Assembly: GCA_016191115.1 (NCBI GenBank)
Contig: JACPPG010000005.1
Span: 23,119-87,118, forward strand
DNA length: 64,000 bases
Direction of reading: 5' to 3'
Source of the DNA: Planctomycetia bacterium
Lineage (GTDB): Bacteria > Planctomycetota > Planctomycetia > Pirellulales > JACPPG01
Under the pieces are notes generated by a model. The model searched no databases. It was not told the DNA's origin and saw only the letters and a list, made by a program, of their open reading frames with translations. Numbering within the stretch: the stretch's first letter is position 1; every line of letters starts with the position of its first letter. Both the position numbers and the translations under genes were made by a program. Of the stretch, positions 19,156 to 28,871 are shown in pieces.

Positions 19156-20889
19156 TCATCTCCCCGGCGACGTTCCGCCAAATTCGGCGGCGAACGCCTT
19201 CGGGTTGAGCTCTTCGCCCGTGGCGTGTTTGGTGAGCGCGTTCCAGCTCAGGCTGCGGCCGAGGGCGAACACCTTCGAGCGCATGAACTCGCCCACTTGC
19301 TTGTTGTCGGTGTAAAACGCGCGGGCCGGGTTGTCGGTCTTGAGCACTTCGCGGGCGATCGCCTGATGGACCTGGCAGGCGAACAATTGCCCCATCATGT
19401 AGTTGTGGTAGTAGGCCGGGGCCGAGACGACGTGGATCTTGCTGGCGTAGTCGGGCGCGTTGCGCCCCTCGGGCCGCTTGAGCAACTGGTACTTCTCGAC
19501 CAGGTCCCACCACAGCTTGTTCAGGTCCTGGCCGGGATCGGCGTACATCGCCTTCTCGAATCGCAGCATCACCTGGCACCACCGCGAGAAGATCAAAAGC
19601 TGGTTGCGGCGCATCTTCATGCCGGTTTCCGTGTACGCGGCCGGGTCCGGCACCGCGACGCCCATCTTCACCAGCCACGCCCCGTTCTTCGAGAATCGCT
19701 CGAACATCATCGCCACGCCCTCGGTACACAGGATGTGCGCGTCGGTCCGCAGTACGTAGGGCATGCTCGGCGGGATGTTCTTGCTGCTGTAGACCGAATG
19801 GCCCAGCTCGTGCAACATCGTGCCCATCCAGTATTCGTTGGACACGATATTGGCAAGCACGCGCACATCTCCCTGCCGATCGATATCGGTGCAAAAGGCG
19901 TGCGGGCTTTTGCCGGGTTTTTCGTACAGGTCGCTGCGGGCGATCACGTCGTCGATGGAGAGGCCGATCCCCGCGTAGAACGTCCGGCACAGGCCCAGGA
20001 TGTCGGCCGAGGCAAACGGTGAATCCAGGTTGACGGTGAAAATGGCCGGGCTTTCCTGGAAGAACGGGTCGTGATAGTGCCAGGGGCGCAGCTCGTCGAC
20101 GTCGATTCCGTAGTTCAAGGAAAGCTTAGCGTCGATCTCGCGCTTGGCGTCGGCGAACGGCCGCCGTGTCAGATCGTCCAAGGCGTCGAACAGCTTCAGC
20201 ACCTCGGCCTGGCTCTGTTCGTTGAGCTCAAGCTGCATGGCGTGATAGTCGGCAAAGCCCAGCTTGCGTGCCGCTTCGTTGCGCAAGAGCACCAGTTGCT
20301 GGAGGTCCGCTTCGACCGCGCGACCCACTTCCTTACTCGCCTCCCAGACACTCTTGCGCTCCGCGGAGTCCTTCGATTCCTTGAGTATCTTGCGGACTTC
20401 GCTATCGGCGAGCTGCTTGTCGCCGACCTTGGCGCGATAGACGTTGAACGCCTTTTCGATTTCGTTGGCCTTGGCGGTGATCCGCTTCAGGAGCGCGGGA
20501 TCGACCTGTTTTTCCAGATAGATGAGATAGAGAATGTCGATCTGCCGCTTGACCAGCGGATCGGCGATGGGCGACGCTTTGATCGACTTGAGCTCGGCAA
20601 ATCGCCGCGAGTCGGCCAAAGCCTGGTCCAGCTTGTTCTGTGCCTCGACCTTGGCGGCGAAATCTTCATCCTTGCCGGTGGTGTTTGCGTTCCACCACGC
20701 CTGGTTGGCGGCGATCTCGAGCGGCCGGAGCTGCGCCTCGTGCTCGGCAATGAACGTGGCGGCCCGCTTGTCGTTTTCCGCTTCGTTCGCTCGCGCTGCG
20801 ATTGGCATGGCCGTCCCTTCCACTAGTGCCATCACGATCGAGAGCAAAACGGGCCAGCGCCGCGAAGGCGCGTCGGGGTAAGTCGCCAT
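19156..20889 (-). CDS. Zinc metallopeptidase, M2 (ACE-like) / M3-like family, exported
   Basis: HExxH in MLHELGHSVY. N-terminal ANQAWWNANTTGKDED resembles peptidyl-dipeptidase A family proteins. Probable start MATYP... at 20889, followed by a hydrophobic signal region. Confidence 0.75.
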   Translation of the reverse strand: MATYPDAPSRRWPVLLSIVMALVEGTAMPIAARANEAENDKRAATFIAEHEAQLRPLEIAANQAWWNANTTGKDEDFAAKVEAQNKLDQALADSRRFAELKSIKASPIADPLVKRQIDILYLIYLEKQVDPALLKRITAKANEIEKAFNVYRAKVGDKQLADSEVRKILKESKDSAERKSVWEASKEVGRAVEADLQQLVLLRNEAARKLGFADYHAMQLELNEQSQAEVLKLFDALDDLTRRPFADAKREIDAKLSLNYGIDVDELRPWHYHDPFFQESPAIFTVNLDSPFASADILGLCRTFYAGIGLSIDDVIARSDLYEKPGKSPHAFCTDIDRQGDVRVLANIVSNEYWMGTMLHELGHSVYSSKNIPPSMPYVLRTDAHILCTEGVAMMFERFSKNGAWLVKMGVAVPDPAAYTETGMKMRRNQLLIFSRWCQVMLRFEKAMYADPGQDLNKLWWDLVEKYQLLKRPEGRNAPDYASKIHVVSAPAYYHNYMMGQLFACQVHQAIAREVLKTDNPARAFYTDNKQVGEFMRSKVFALGRSLSWNALTKHATGEELNPKAFAAEFGGTSPGR

Positions 20890-21010
20890 TTCGTGCCGTT
20901 TCCAGGCGAGAAGAAGGTCTGATGATGCCGCAATCGACATGGTCCCGCCGCATGCCGGCAAGCCTACCTTACCGGCTGAAACCGCGATTTCAAGCGGGCC
21001 CGGCGCCTGC

Positions 21011-21167
21011 CAGGGCCATTATGTTTTTCAAAATGGCGAGGCGGGAAAATGGGACTGGCTCCGAGCAGAAACAGCGCAAGTCCTTTCAGACCAACGTTGC
21101 GTCTCGGTGCCTGTCCCACTTTCCCGCCGGTGCGCCGCCGGCAAGCTTGAATCTGTGAACGGCCCTG
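21011..21167 (-). mobile_element. 157-bp MITE-like element, copy C (inverted orientation)
   Basis: The reverse complement matches copies A/D/E/F end to end. The flanking 10-mers CGGCGCCTGC and TGTCGCCCGC are 7 of 10 identical. Confidence 0.85.
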
Positions 21168-21305
21168 TGTCGCCCGCCAAACCCGCCCGTGCAAGCACGG
21201 GAAAGCCCGATCGCTGTTAACGGAAATGTAACGGCCGTCCGGCCGGCGGCCAGCGTAGCTTATGGATAGGGGCAACGAGGTCGGAAACCAAGAGGAGGAC
21301 GGGCC

Positions 21306-21779
21306 ATGATGAGGGTTCTGACGCGAGGCGCGCAATGCGGTGTGGTGCTATTGGCCATGGCAACGGCCCAGCACGCTTTTGCCGCGCCGGCAGGGAGTTC
21401 CACGGGCGCAACTGGGACAAACGCGGCGGGCGTGAAGGCAAAAGCCATGCATGCCGCCGTCGCCAAGGCGCGCGTGCGACACATGGCGATGCAAAACGGC
21501 GCGGGCGCATCCGGCGCTCAAATCGGCTCCGGCACCGGGGCGACAGGGCAGAACATGGGCCAGAAGCTGCAGCAATTCCGCCACCATCGGCATCACCGGC
21601 ATGCCGCGACCGCGCAAAATGGCGCGTCGCAGGCCGGGGCGGGCCAGGGAGCCACTGGCGCGGCAGGCACGAATCTACCGCCGGCGACCGGCGCGAATCC
21701 GACCAGGGGTTTGCACAAGGCCACCGGCAAAGGACACGGGAGCAGCCAGGCGCCACACGCTACGGCCGGACGGTCGTAG
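21306..21779 (+). CDS. Secreted low-complexity Gly/Ala/Thr-rich protein with His-Arg cluster
   Basis: Strong SD (AAGAGGAGGA, 6 nt upstream of ATG). Signal peptide ...VVLLAMATAQHAFA. HHRHHRH motif. No recognisable domain. Confidence 0.6.
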   Translation: MMRVLTRGAQCGVVLLAMATAQHAFAAPAGSSTGATGTNAAGVKAKAMHAAVAKARVRHMAMQNGAGASGAQIGSGTGATGQNMGQKLQQFRHHRHHRHAATAQNGASQAGAGQGATGAAGTNLPPATGANPTRGLHKATGKGHGSSQAPHATAGRS

Positions 21780-21853
21780 CCGGTCGATATGAGGCTCTCC
21801 CATTTCATGCGGCGGCCGGTTCAGTCGGCCGCCGCTTTGCTTCGCGCGCGCTG

Positions 21854-23509
21854 TTAAAACTCACTCGATCTCGGCTTGTGGTCGGCGGCCGCGAACGCCT
21901 TCTCGAATCGCTCGCGGACGTTTGTCGCGTCCACTGAGTTTTGCGCCTTCAGGCTTTCCGCCAGGCCAAACAGCGACCAGCCGTTTTCCGGGTAGCGCTC
22001 GAGGTCGGCGCGGTACACCTTCTCGGCCTCGGCCGCGCGGCCGGCCGCCAGGAGCACCGCTCCCAGCGACTGGCGGACGGAATAGTACCAAGGCGGCGGC
22101 TCGTCGTAGGCCAGGTCGTCTTGCAGGCGGACGGCCTCTTGCAGCCGCGCCACGGCTTCGTCGGAGTGCCCCTCGTTCGCGGCTATCTTGCCGGCGAGCG
22201 TGCCCGTGGCGATCGACAGCAGATGGGCGACCGAGTGTCGCATGAACATCGTGTCGGCCGGCGTCGCCGATTGAATCTCGCGAAGCTGCTTGAGCTCGCC
22301 GCTCGCGTCGTCCAGCTTTGCCGTTTCGGCCAGGGCGATGCCGCGAGCGTAGTGCCAGATGCCGGTGGCATACCGCAACTCGGTCGAAGGCGGCGGCGCC
22401 GCCAGCACTTCGTCCCATAGGCCGAATCGAAGCGACGTGAACAAGCGAGTCGGCACGAACGCCTCGATCATCGGCATCTCGCGGACCGCCTCTTCGCCCA
22501 ATAGCTTGCTGACTTCGTCGGCCGCCTGGACCGCCTCGGCCCGGCACCCCGCGAAGCACAACGCGGCCCACAGGAAATGGACGTTGTGCGGGTAGTAGAA
22601 CATGGGGTAAATGCCCTCGGGCTTGTAGCGCTCGATATAGGCCCGGTCCGCCTTGACGGCGCGGCGATTGTTTTCGGCGGCGTCGTTATAGCGCCCGAGG
22701 CGCATATAGATGTGGGCCGGCATGTGAACCAGGTGGCCGGCCCCCGGCGCGAGGCCCGGCAAGCGGTCGGCGGCCGCCAGCGCGCGCTCGGGCCGCGTCG
22801 AGGCTTCGACGGCGTGGATGTAAAAGTGGCAGGCGCCCGGGTGGTTCGGATTCTTCTCCAGCACGCGCTCGAGCGTGGCGACGATCTCCTCGGTGCCGGG
22901 CTGCGGCTGGCCGTCGCGCGTCCACAAGTCCCACGGCCGCAGGTCCATTAGCGCCTCGGCATAGAGCACAGCGGCGTCGAGATCGTCCGGATATTTTTTC
23001 GCGAGCTCGCGCATGGCGTCGGCGTACGCGCGGTCGAGCGCTTTGCGATCGGCCGTTTCTGGAGAATCCGAGTGGCGCTTGGCCAGCGCCGCGATGTAGT
23101 CGACCTCCCACGGCGCGGCGATGCGGGCATAGCGCTGGGCCTTCTGGATCGCGGCCAAGGCCTGCTTTTCGCGCTCGGGATCGGCCTCGAGGTTGTAGTT
23201 CGGACCCAGGGAATAGGCCATGCCCCAGAAGGCCATCGCGCAGTGCGGATCGACGTCCTCGATGGCCTGGAAGGCCCGCAGCGCCTCGTTGTGATTGAAG
23301 GCGTACAGCAGGCGCAGTCCCTGGTTGAAGAAGGCTTGCGTCTGGGGAGCGGCGGTGGTGATCTTGTGCTCGTAATCGCCCAAGTCGGCGATCACGGGGA
23401 ATTTCTCGGGTCTGGGCGGCGGGTCTTGGGCGACGGCGCGTTGTGCCGTCGCCGCGGCAACGAGCGCGACAGCGGCCGGCACTGATAGAAGGACACAGGT
23501 GCGTCTCAT
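21854..23509 (-). CDS. Secreted TPR-repeat protein
   Basis: The internal ATG at 23509 gives MRRTCVLLSVPAAVALVAATAQRAVA, a signal peptide. The body consists of TPR-like helical repeats. The 165 codons upstream in the listed ORF cross a palindromic repeat and look non-coding. Confidence 0.8.
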   Translation of the reverse strand: MRRTCVLLSVPAAVALVAAATAQRAVAQDPPPRPEKFPVIADLGDYEHKITTAAPQTQAFFNQGLRLLYAFNHNEALRAFQAIEDVDPHCAMAFWGMAYSLGPNYNLEADPEREKQALAAIQKAQRYARIAAPWEVDYIAALAKRHSDSPETADRKALDRAYADAMRELAKKYPDDLDAAVLYAEALMDLRPWDLWTRDGQPQPGTEEIVATLERVLEKNPNHPGACHFYIHAVEASTRPERALAAADRLPGLAPGAGHLVHMPAHIYMRLGRYNDAAENNRRAVKADRAYIERYKPEGIYPMFYYPHNVHFLWAALCFAGCRAEAVQAADEVSKLLGEEAVREMPMIEAFVPTRLFTSLRFGLWDEVLAAPPPSTELRYATGIWHYARGIALAETAKLDDASGELKQLREIQSATPADTMFMRHSVAHLLSIATGTLAGKIAANEGHSDEAVARLQEAVRLQDDLAYDEPPPWYYSVRQSLGAVLLAAGRAAEAEKVYRADLERYPENGWSLFGLAESLKAQNSVDATNVRERFEKAFAAADHKPRSSEF

Positions 23510-23656
23510 GACTCGATCCCTTGTAGCAAGCCCGCTGGCCAGGTTCGGCAGACAAGTTCCCCGCGGCCGGGGAGGGGCATAAATGCCGCCAACAACACAA
23601 TCGGCAATGGCGCCCGCGGCGTCAAGCGCGTGAGGTTTGGCGGGCGCATTGGGGAT

Positions 23657-23745
23657 CGGGAGGGCGAGGCTCCTGCCGAGCCGCAGCCGCGAAAGACGTC
23701 GTTTTCGTCCCGGCTCGGCAGGAGCCTCGCCCAGCTTCGCCCTCC
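23657..23745. repeat. GC-rich palindromic repeat, GGGAGGGCGAGGCTCC.GCCGAGCCG family, copy 1
   Basis: The left arm at 23657-23682 pairs with CGGCTCGGCAGGAGCCTCGCC at 23710-23730. The right arm carries an extra CAGCTTCGCCCTCCC. Confidence 0.8.
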
Positions 23746-24104
23746 CGAGCTTGCGCGACGTAACCTGCGCGAGCCTGGGTCCCAAAAGAAGAAGCCACCA
23801 GGTCGCCCGGGAAAAGCGACCTGGTGGCGGCGCGGGGAAGGGCTGATCGAACCAGTGCGTCGGCGTTGCGGGATCGAAGGTGCCGCCTCGGGGTGCCAAC
23901 TCAAGTTGTCGGGCGGAGCGGGATGTCGACGCGAGGTTCAACCGGTCCGACTCGCCCGCATGCTTAAGGGGGAACGAGCGAGCGAGCCGGACGAGCAAGA
24001 CCATACCCGGCCTTTGTTCGAGGATCGTCAGCCGCCTGTTAGTTTCCCGTGTTAACCGGCAACGGAAATGAGGAATTAACGTGCAAACGCGAGCGCCGAA
24101 AGAG

Positions 24105-24188
24105 CGAGCCGCCGGGTTTATCCCGGCGGTCTTACGGTGGCGACAGGCGCTGTTCCCAAAGACCGCAGGGATAAACCCGGCGGCTCGC
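24105..24188. repeat. 28-bp-arm inverted repeat (GCGAGCCGCCGGGTTTATCCCGGCGGTCT / AGACCGCAGGGATAAACCCGGCGGCTCGC)
   Basis: Arms at 24105-24132 and 24160-24188 are complementary with one mismatch, with a 27-nt spacer. Confidence 0.8.
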
Positions 24189-24213
24189 TTGAGGTTCGCG
24201 GGCTGGCGTGCTG

Positions 24214-24258
24214 AAAGCGTGTTCTTCGTGCGAGAAAAAGCGTGTTCTTCGTGCGAGA
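24214..24258. repeat. Direct tandem duplication of a 22-bp unit (AAAGCGTGTTCTTCGTGCGAGA), period 23
   Basis: Unit copies at 24214-24235 and 24237-24258. Each unit contains a small GTTCT/AGAAC hairpin. Confidence 0.8.
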
Positions 24259-24261
24259 ACG

Positions 24262-24292
24262 AAAAAGGCCGGGCGGAAGCTCCACCCGGCCT
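24262..24292 (-). terminator. Rho-independent terminator of rpoD
   Basis: The minus-strand RNA reads AGGCCGGGUGG-AGCUUC-CCGCCCGGCCU, an 11-bp stem with one G-U pair, followed by UUUUU. It lies 28 nt after the rpoD stop. Confidence 0.8.
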
Positions 24293-24319
24293 TATTGATT
24301 TCTTCGATTCGCCGTTGCC

Positions 24320-25885
<1,566 letters not shown>

Positions 25886-26413
25886 TGCAACACTCCTGCG
25901 TGGGGTTGGGGTATAGGCAAGTCCAGACTCAGGGAAGATGCCGGCGCGCTTCCCTACCGTCGATCCGTGTCGCAGAGGCCAGGTAGGAGATCGCCTCCTG
26001 CTAGAGCCACGGCTTTATGAATGCGGCATTACCCTCGATCCGAGCAATTATCACAACTTGGGCCTCGAAAAGCCACCAAATTCTAACACCATTTTCCACC
26101 GCCACTCGCTCCGGCGGCTGATTGGCAGAGGATGCCGCATGGGCAAGATCAACCACGCCTCATGGGGCTAAAAACGTATCTCAGTCTCAAGTTATTTTAC
26201 CCATCTTAACAATCGGAGGTTTCGGACCGCCGCCTCGCCGAGCGAGCCGCCCACCTCGCCTGAAGAGCGCCCACAAGCCCGACGCCGCTGCCTTCGGTGG
26301 CACGCGGCTGGACACCTTCGATCGTGTGACACGCTTTCGCCGTGCGCAGTCAAGATGACTGGATGGCGAACCACCCGAATGGAGCGAGGCGTGGTCGAGA
26401 CTTGCGCCTGCGT

Positions 26414-27139
26414 CTATTTCACGAACTTCACAAACGGATCAACGTCGGCATCGCGATGCCGCTGGTATTCGGTGCCATCGGCGATCCGCTCGGCTGTCTC
26501 CTTGCCGAAGAGTCGCTCGATCACGGCCAGCGACATGTCGATCCCGGCCGACACGCCCGACGATGTCACGCGATTGCCGTCGTCGACCCAGCGGGCTTCC
26601 TTGACCCAGTCTGTCTTTTCGCCTTGCGCCACGGCGAGACTGAAGTACTGTTTGTTCGACGTGGCGCGGCGGCCGTCGAGCAATCCCGCCTTGGCCAAGA
26701 GAGCCGATCCGGAGCAGACGCTCATCACGATCTCGGCCTTCTCGGCGCGGCCGCGCAGCCAGGCGAGCATCTCTTCGTTTTTGAGTTCCGTCAGCGTGCC
26801 GAAGCCGCCGGGGACGAGAATCATGTCCAATGGCGGGCAATCCTCAAAGCCGTAATCCGCGACGACCTTCGGACCCTGCGTGCTGGCCACCGGTCCGGCC
26901 TTCTGGGCGACCATCACCAGCTTGACCCGTCCGGCGAGGTTGCCGAACATCTCGGCCGGCCCGTACACGTCCAACAGCTCGAAACGCGGATACAGCACGA
27001 TGCCCAGCGTGCGGGGCTTCGGCTGTTGTTCGTCCTGAGCCTGGACAACGGTTGCGGTGAGCACCAGGGCGGCCAACACGCCGAGAACGACCGAAAGACG
27101 GAACGGCGCGTTTTTGAAGAATTGCGACTGCATGGCCAT
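26414..27139 (-). CDS. DJ-1/PfpI family protein (class I glutamine amidotransferase-like), exported
   Basis: LVPGGFG and the nucleophile elbow VCSGSALLAKAG. A signal peptide begins at MAMQSQFFKNAPFRLSVVLGVLAALVLTATVVQA (ATG 27139 or 27133). Confidence 0.85.
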   Translation of the reverse strand: MAMQSQFFKNAPFRLSVVLGVLAALVLTATVVQAQDEQQPKPRTLGIVLYPRFELLDVYGPAEMFGNLAGRVKLVMVAQKAGPVASTQGPKVVADYGFEDCPPLDMILVPGGFGTLTELKNEEMLAWLRGRAEKAEIVMSVCSGSALLAKAGLLDGRRATSNKQYFSLAVAQGEKTDWVKEARWVDDGNRVTSSGVSAGIDMSLAVIERLFGKETAERIADGTEYQRHRDADVDPFVKFVK

Positions 27140-27233
27140 GAGCTCCGTTGAAAGAAACCAAGAACCCGCCATCGCGCCGAGAGGCATTATTGGCCGTTGC
27201 CACGCGCCGGGCAACGGGGGAAGGCAGGCCCCC

Positions 27234-27260
27234 GGGAGGGCGAAGCAGCCTCGCCCTCCC
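27234..27260. repeat. Miniature hairpin related to the GGGAGGGCGA... palindrome family
   Basis: GGGAGGGCGA-AGCAGCC-TCGCCCTCCC: a 10-bp stem that uses the outermost arm sequence of the family. Confidence 0.6.
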
Positions 27261-27330
27261 GACGCGCGGTTGCGCAATCGGTGGCCTCGCTCGGCGGGCG
27301 CGCTTGTTCCATCGGCAAGCGCGAGATAGC

Positions 27331-28167
27331 ATGACCGGTCGACGTGGAGAAACCATCGGCACGAACGGGAGGCGGCTTGACGTGACGCTCGCGGGGAAAG
27401 TCGCACTGGTGACCGGCGCCAGTCGGGGGATCGGCCGAGCCACGGCGATCGCGCTGGCTGAAGCGGGCGCCAGCGTCGTCATTAACTATCATTCCCACGC
27501 CGACGAAGCGGAGAGCGCCGTTGCCGCGGCCCGCGCCGCGGGGGGGCAGGCTGTCGCGCTCGCGGCCGACGTGGCGGACCGGCAGGCCGTCGAGGGGCTC
27601 GTCGAGCAAACGATTGCCCGTTTCGGACGCCTCGACATCGCGGTCACCAACGCCGTGTACAGCGACCGCGATTTGTTCTTCCAGGCCGATCTCGACGGCT
27701 TTGCCCGCACGATCCAGGTCACCATGTGGGGCGCGTTTTACACGCTGCGGGCGGCCAGCCGGCAAATGATCGCTGCGGGAGGAGGCGGCTCGATCGTCGT
27801 AGTGAGCTCGCCGCACGCGTTCATTCCGGTTCCCCGCTCGATGGCCTACAACATGTCGAAGGCGGCGATCGACCAGATGGCGCGCACGGCCGCCATCGAG
27901 CTGGTGGAGCATCGGATTCGCGTGAACATCGTGCATCCTGGCTGGATCGACACGCCCGGCGAGCGGAAGTTTGCCACCGAGGAGCAAATCCAGCGCGGCG
28001 GCGAGAACCTCCCCTGGAACCGGCTGGGGCGGCCCGAGGAAATCGCCCGCGGCGTCGTTTTCCTCTGCGATCCGGCTAGCGACTACATCACCGGCTCGGC
28101 CCTGAAGATCGATGGCGGGGCGACGCTGCCGTGGTGGGCGTCGCGCGGGTCGGCTGTGCCCGAGTAG
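27331..28167 (+). CDS. Short-chain dehydrogenase/reductase (FabG-like)
   Basis: [12 protein letters not shown] cofactor motif, NAV, and catalytic YNMSKAA (YxxxK). Start assigned to ATG 27331; a nearer GTG is possible. Confidence 0.85.
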   Translation: MTGRRGETIGTNGRRLDVTLAGKVALVTGASRGIGRATAIALAEAGASVVINYHSHADEAESAVAAARAAGGQAVALAADVADRQAVEGLVEQTIARFGRLDIAVTNAVYSDRDLFFQADLDGFARTIQVTMWGAFYTLRAASRQMIAAGGGGSIVVVSSPHAFIPVPRSMAYNMSKAAIDQMARTAAIELVEHRIRVNIVHPGWIDTPGERKFATEEQIQRGGENLPWNRLGRPEEIARGVVFLCDPASDYITGSALKIDGGATLPWWASRGSAVPE

Positions 28168-28201
28168 ACCGGAATCCCTTTTGACTGCGCGCGTGCGGAC
28201 G

Positions 28202-28741
28202 ATGACGATCGAGTACCTGTTGCCGTGCACCTGCGGTGAGAAGCTTGCGGTGGACCGAAGCCAGGCGGGGCTGTCGGTGCGCTGCCGGTGCGGTGCGGAA
28301 CTGGCCGTGCCGACGCTGCGCGGGCTGGCGGCGCTCGAGCGGGCGCCGGCGGAGGCCGAGCCGTCGCAGGAGTGGGGGCCGCGGCAGGCGCTTTGGCTGG
28401 CCGGGGGCTGGGTCGCGGCCTTGGGCGTTCTGGCGGTGGTCGTGCTGTGGCTTATGGCGCCGCGCTATCCGCAATCCCAGATCGACGAGCAGTTGGAGAT
28501 TGTCCGCAGGGCGGCCGACATTGAAGCGATGACGCCCAAGCAGGCTCTCGACCTCTGGAATGCGCTGGCGGAGGGCCTGAATCGTCAAACGCCGCCGGGG
28601 ATCGTCGCGTACGGCGAGGCGGCGGTCATCTACCGTTCGCGGATGCGGATGGCGCTTGTGGTTGCGGGCGCAGGTCTGGTGCTACTCGGTGCAGCGTTTC
28701 TTGTACCCAAGCCCGGTCCGGCGCGCTCACCGCGCCCCTGA
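28202..28741 (+). CDS. Zinc-ribbon membrane protein, function unknown
   Basis: MTIEYLLPCTCGEKLAV....VRCRCGAEL (Cys4 ribbon) followed by two TM helices. Confidence 0.65.
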   Translation: MTIEYLLPCTCGEKLAVDRSQAGLSVRCRCGAELAVPTLRGLAALERAPAEAEPSQEWGPRQALWLAGGWVAALGVLAVVVLWLMAPRYPQSQIDEQLEIVRRAADIEAMTPKQALDLWNALAEGLNRQTPPGIVAYGEAAVIYRSRMRMALVVAGAGLVLLGAAFLVPKPGPARSPRP

Positions 28742-28747
28742 CACATT

Positions 28748-28866
28748 GGGGGGCGGGCATCCTGCCCGCCTTCTGAAGCGCGAGACGACATGCCGCCTCG
28801 CGAGCGTCCCCATGCGCGCTTGAGACATTTCGCAAGCGCCAAAGGCGGGCAGGATGCCCGCCCCCC
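28748..28866. repeat. Large inverted repeat GGGGGGCGGGCATCCTGCCCGCC / GGCGGGCAGGATGCCCGCCCCCC between convergent genes
   Basis: 23-bp arms at 28748-28770 and 28844-28866 are perfectly complementary. Each arm is itself a small hairpin (GGGCA TCC TGCCC). The 73-nt spacer has internal AAGCGCG/CGCGCTT pairing. It probably acts as a bidirectional terminator. Confidence 0.75.
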
Positions 28867-28871
28867 GAACT

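Noticed and set aside
23510-24004. N-terminal extensions of several supplied ORFs: 21854..24004, 5098..6552, 6047..7543, 26414..27406, 27148..28167, 28872..30584, 33626..34882, 45562..46866, 48691..49938, 51326..52516 and 38382..39749.
   Set aside because: Each has an internal start followed by a signal peptide or the conserved N-terminal motif of its family. The upstream parts cross repeats or MITEs, overlap neighbouring genes or have junk composition.
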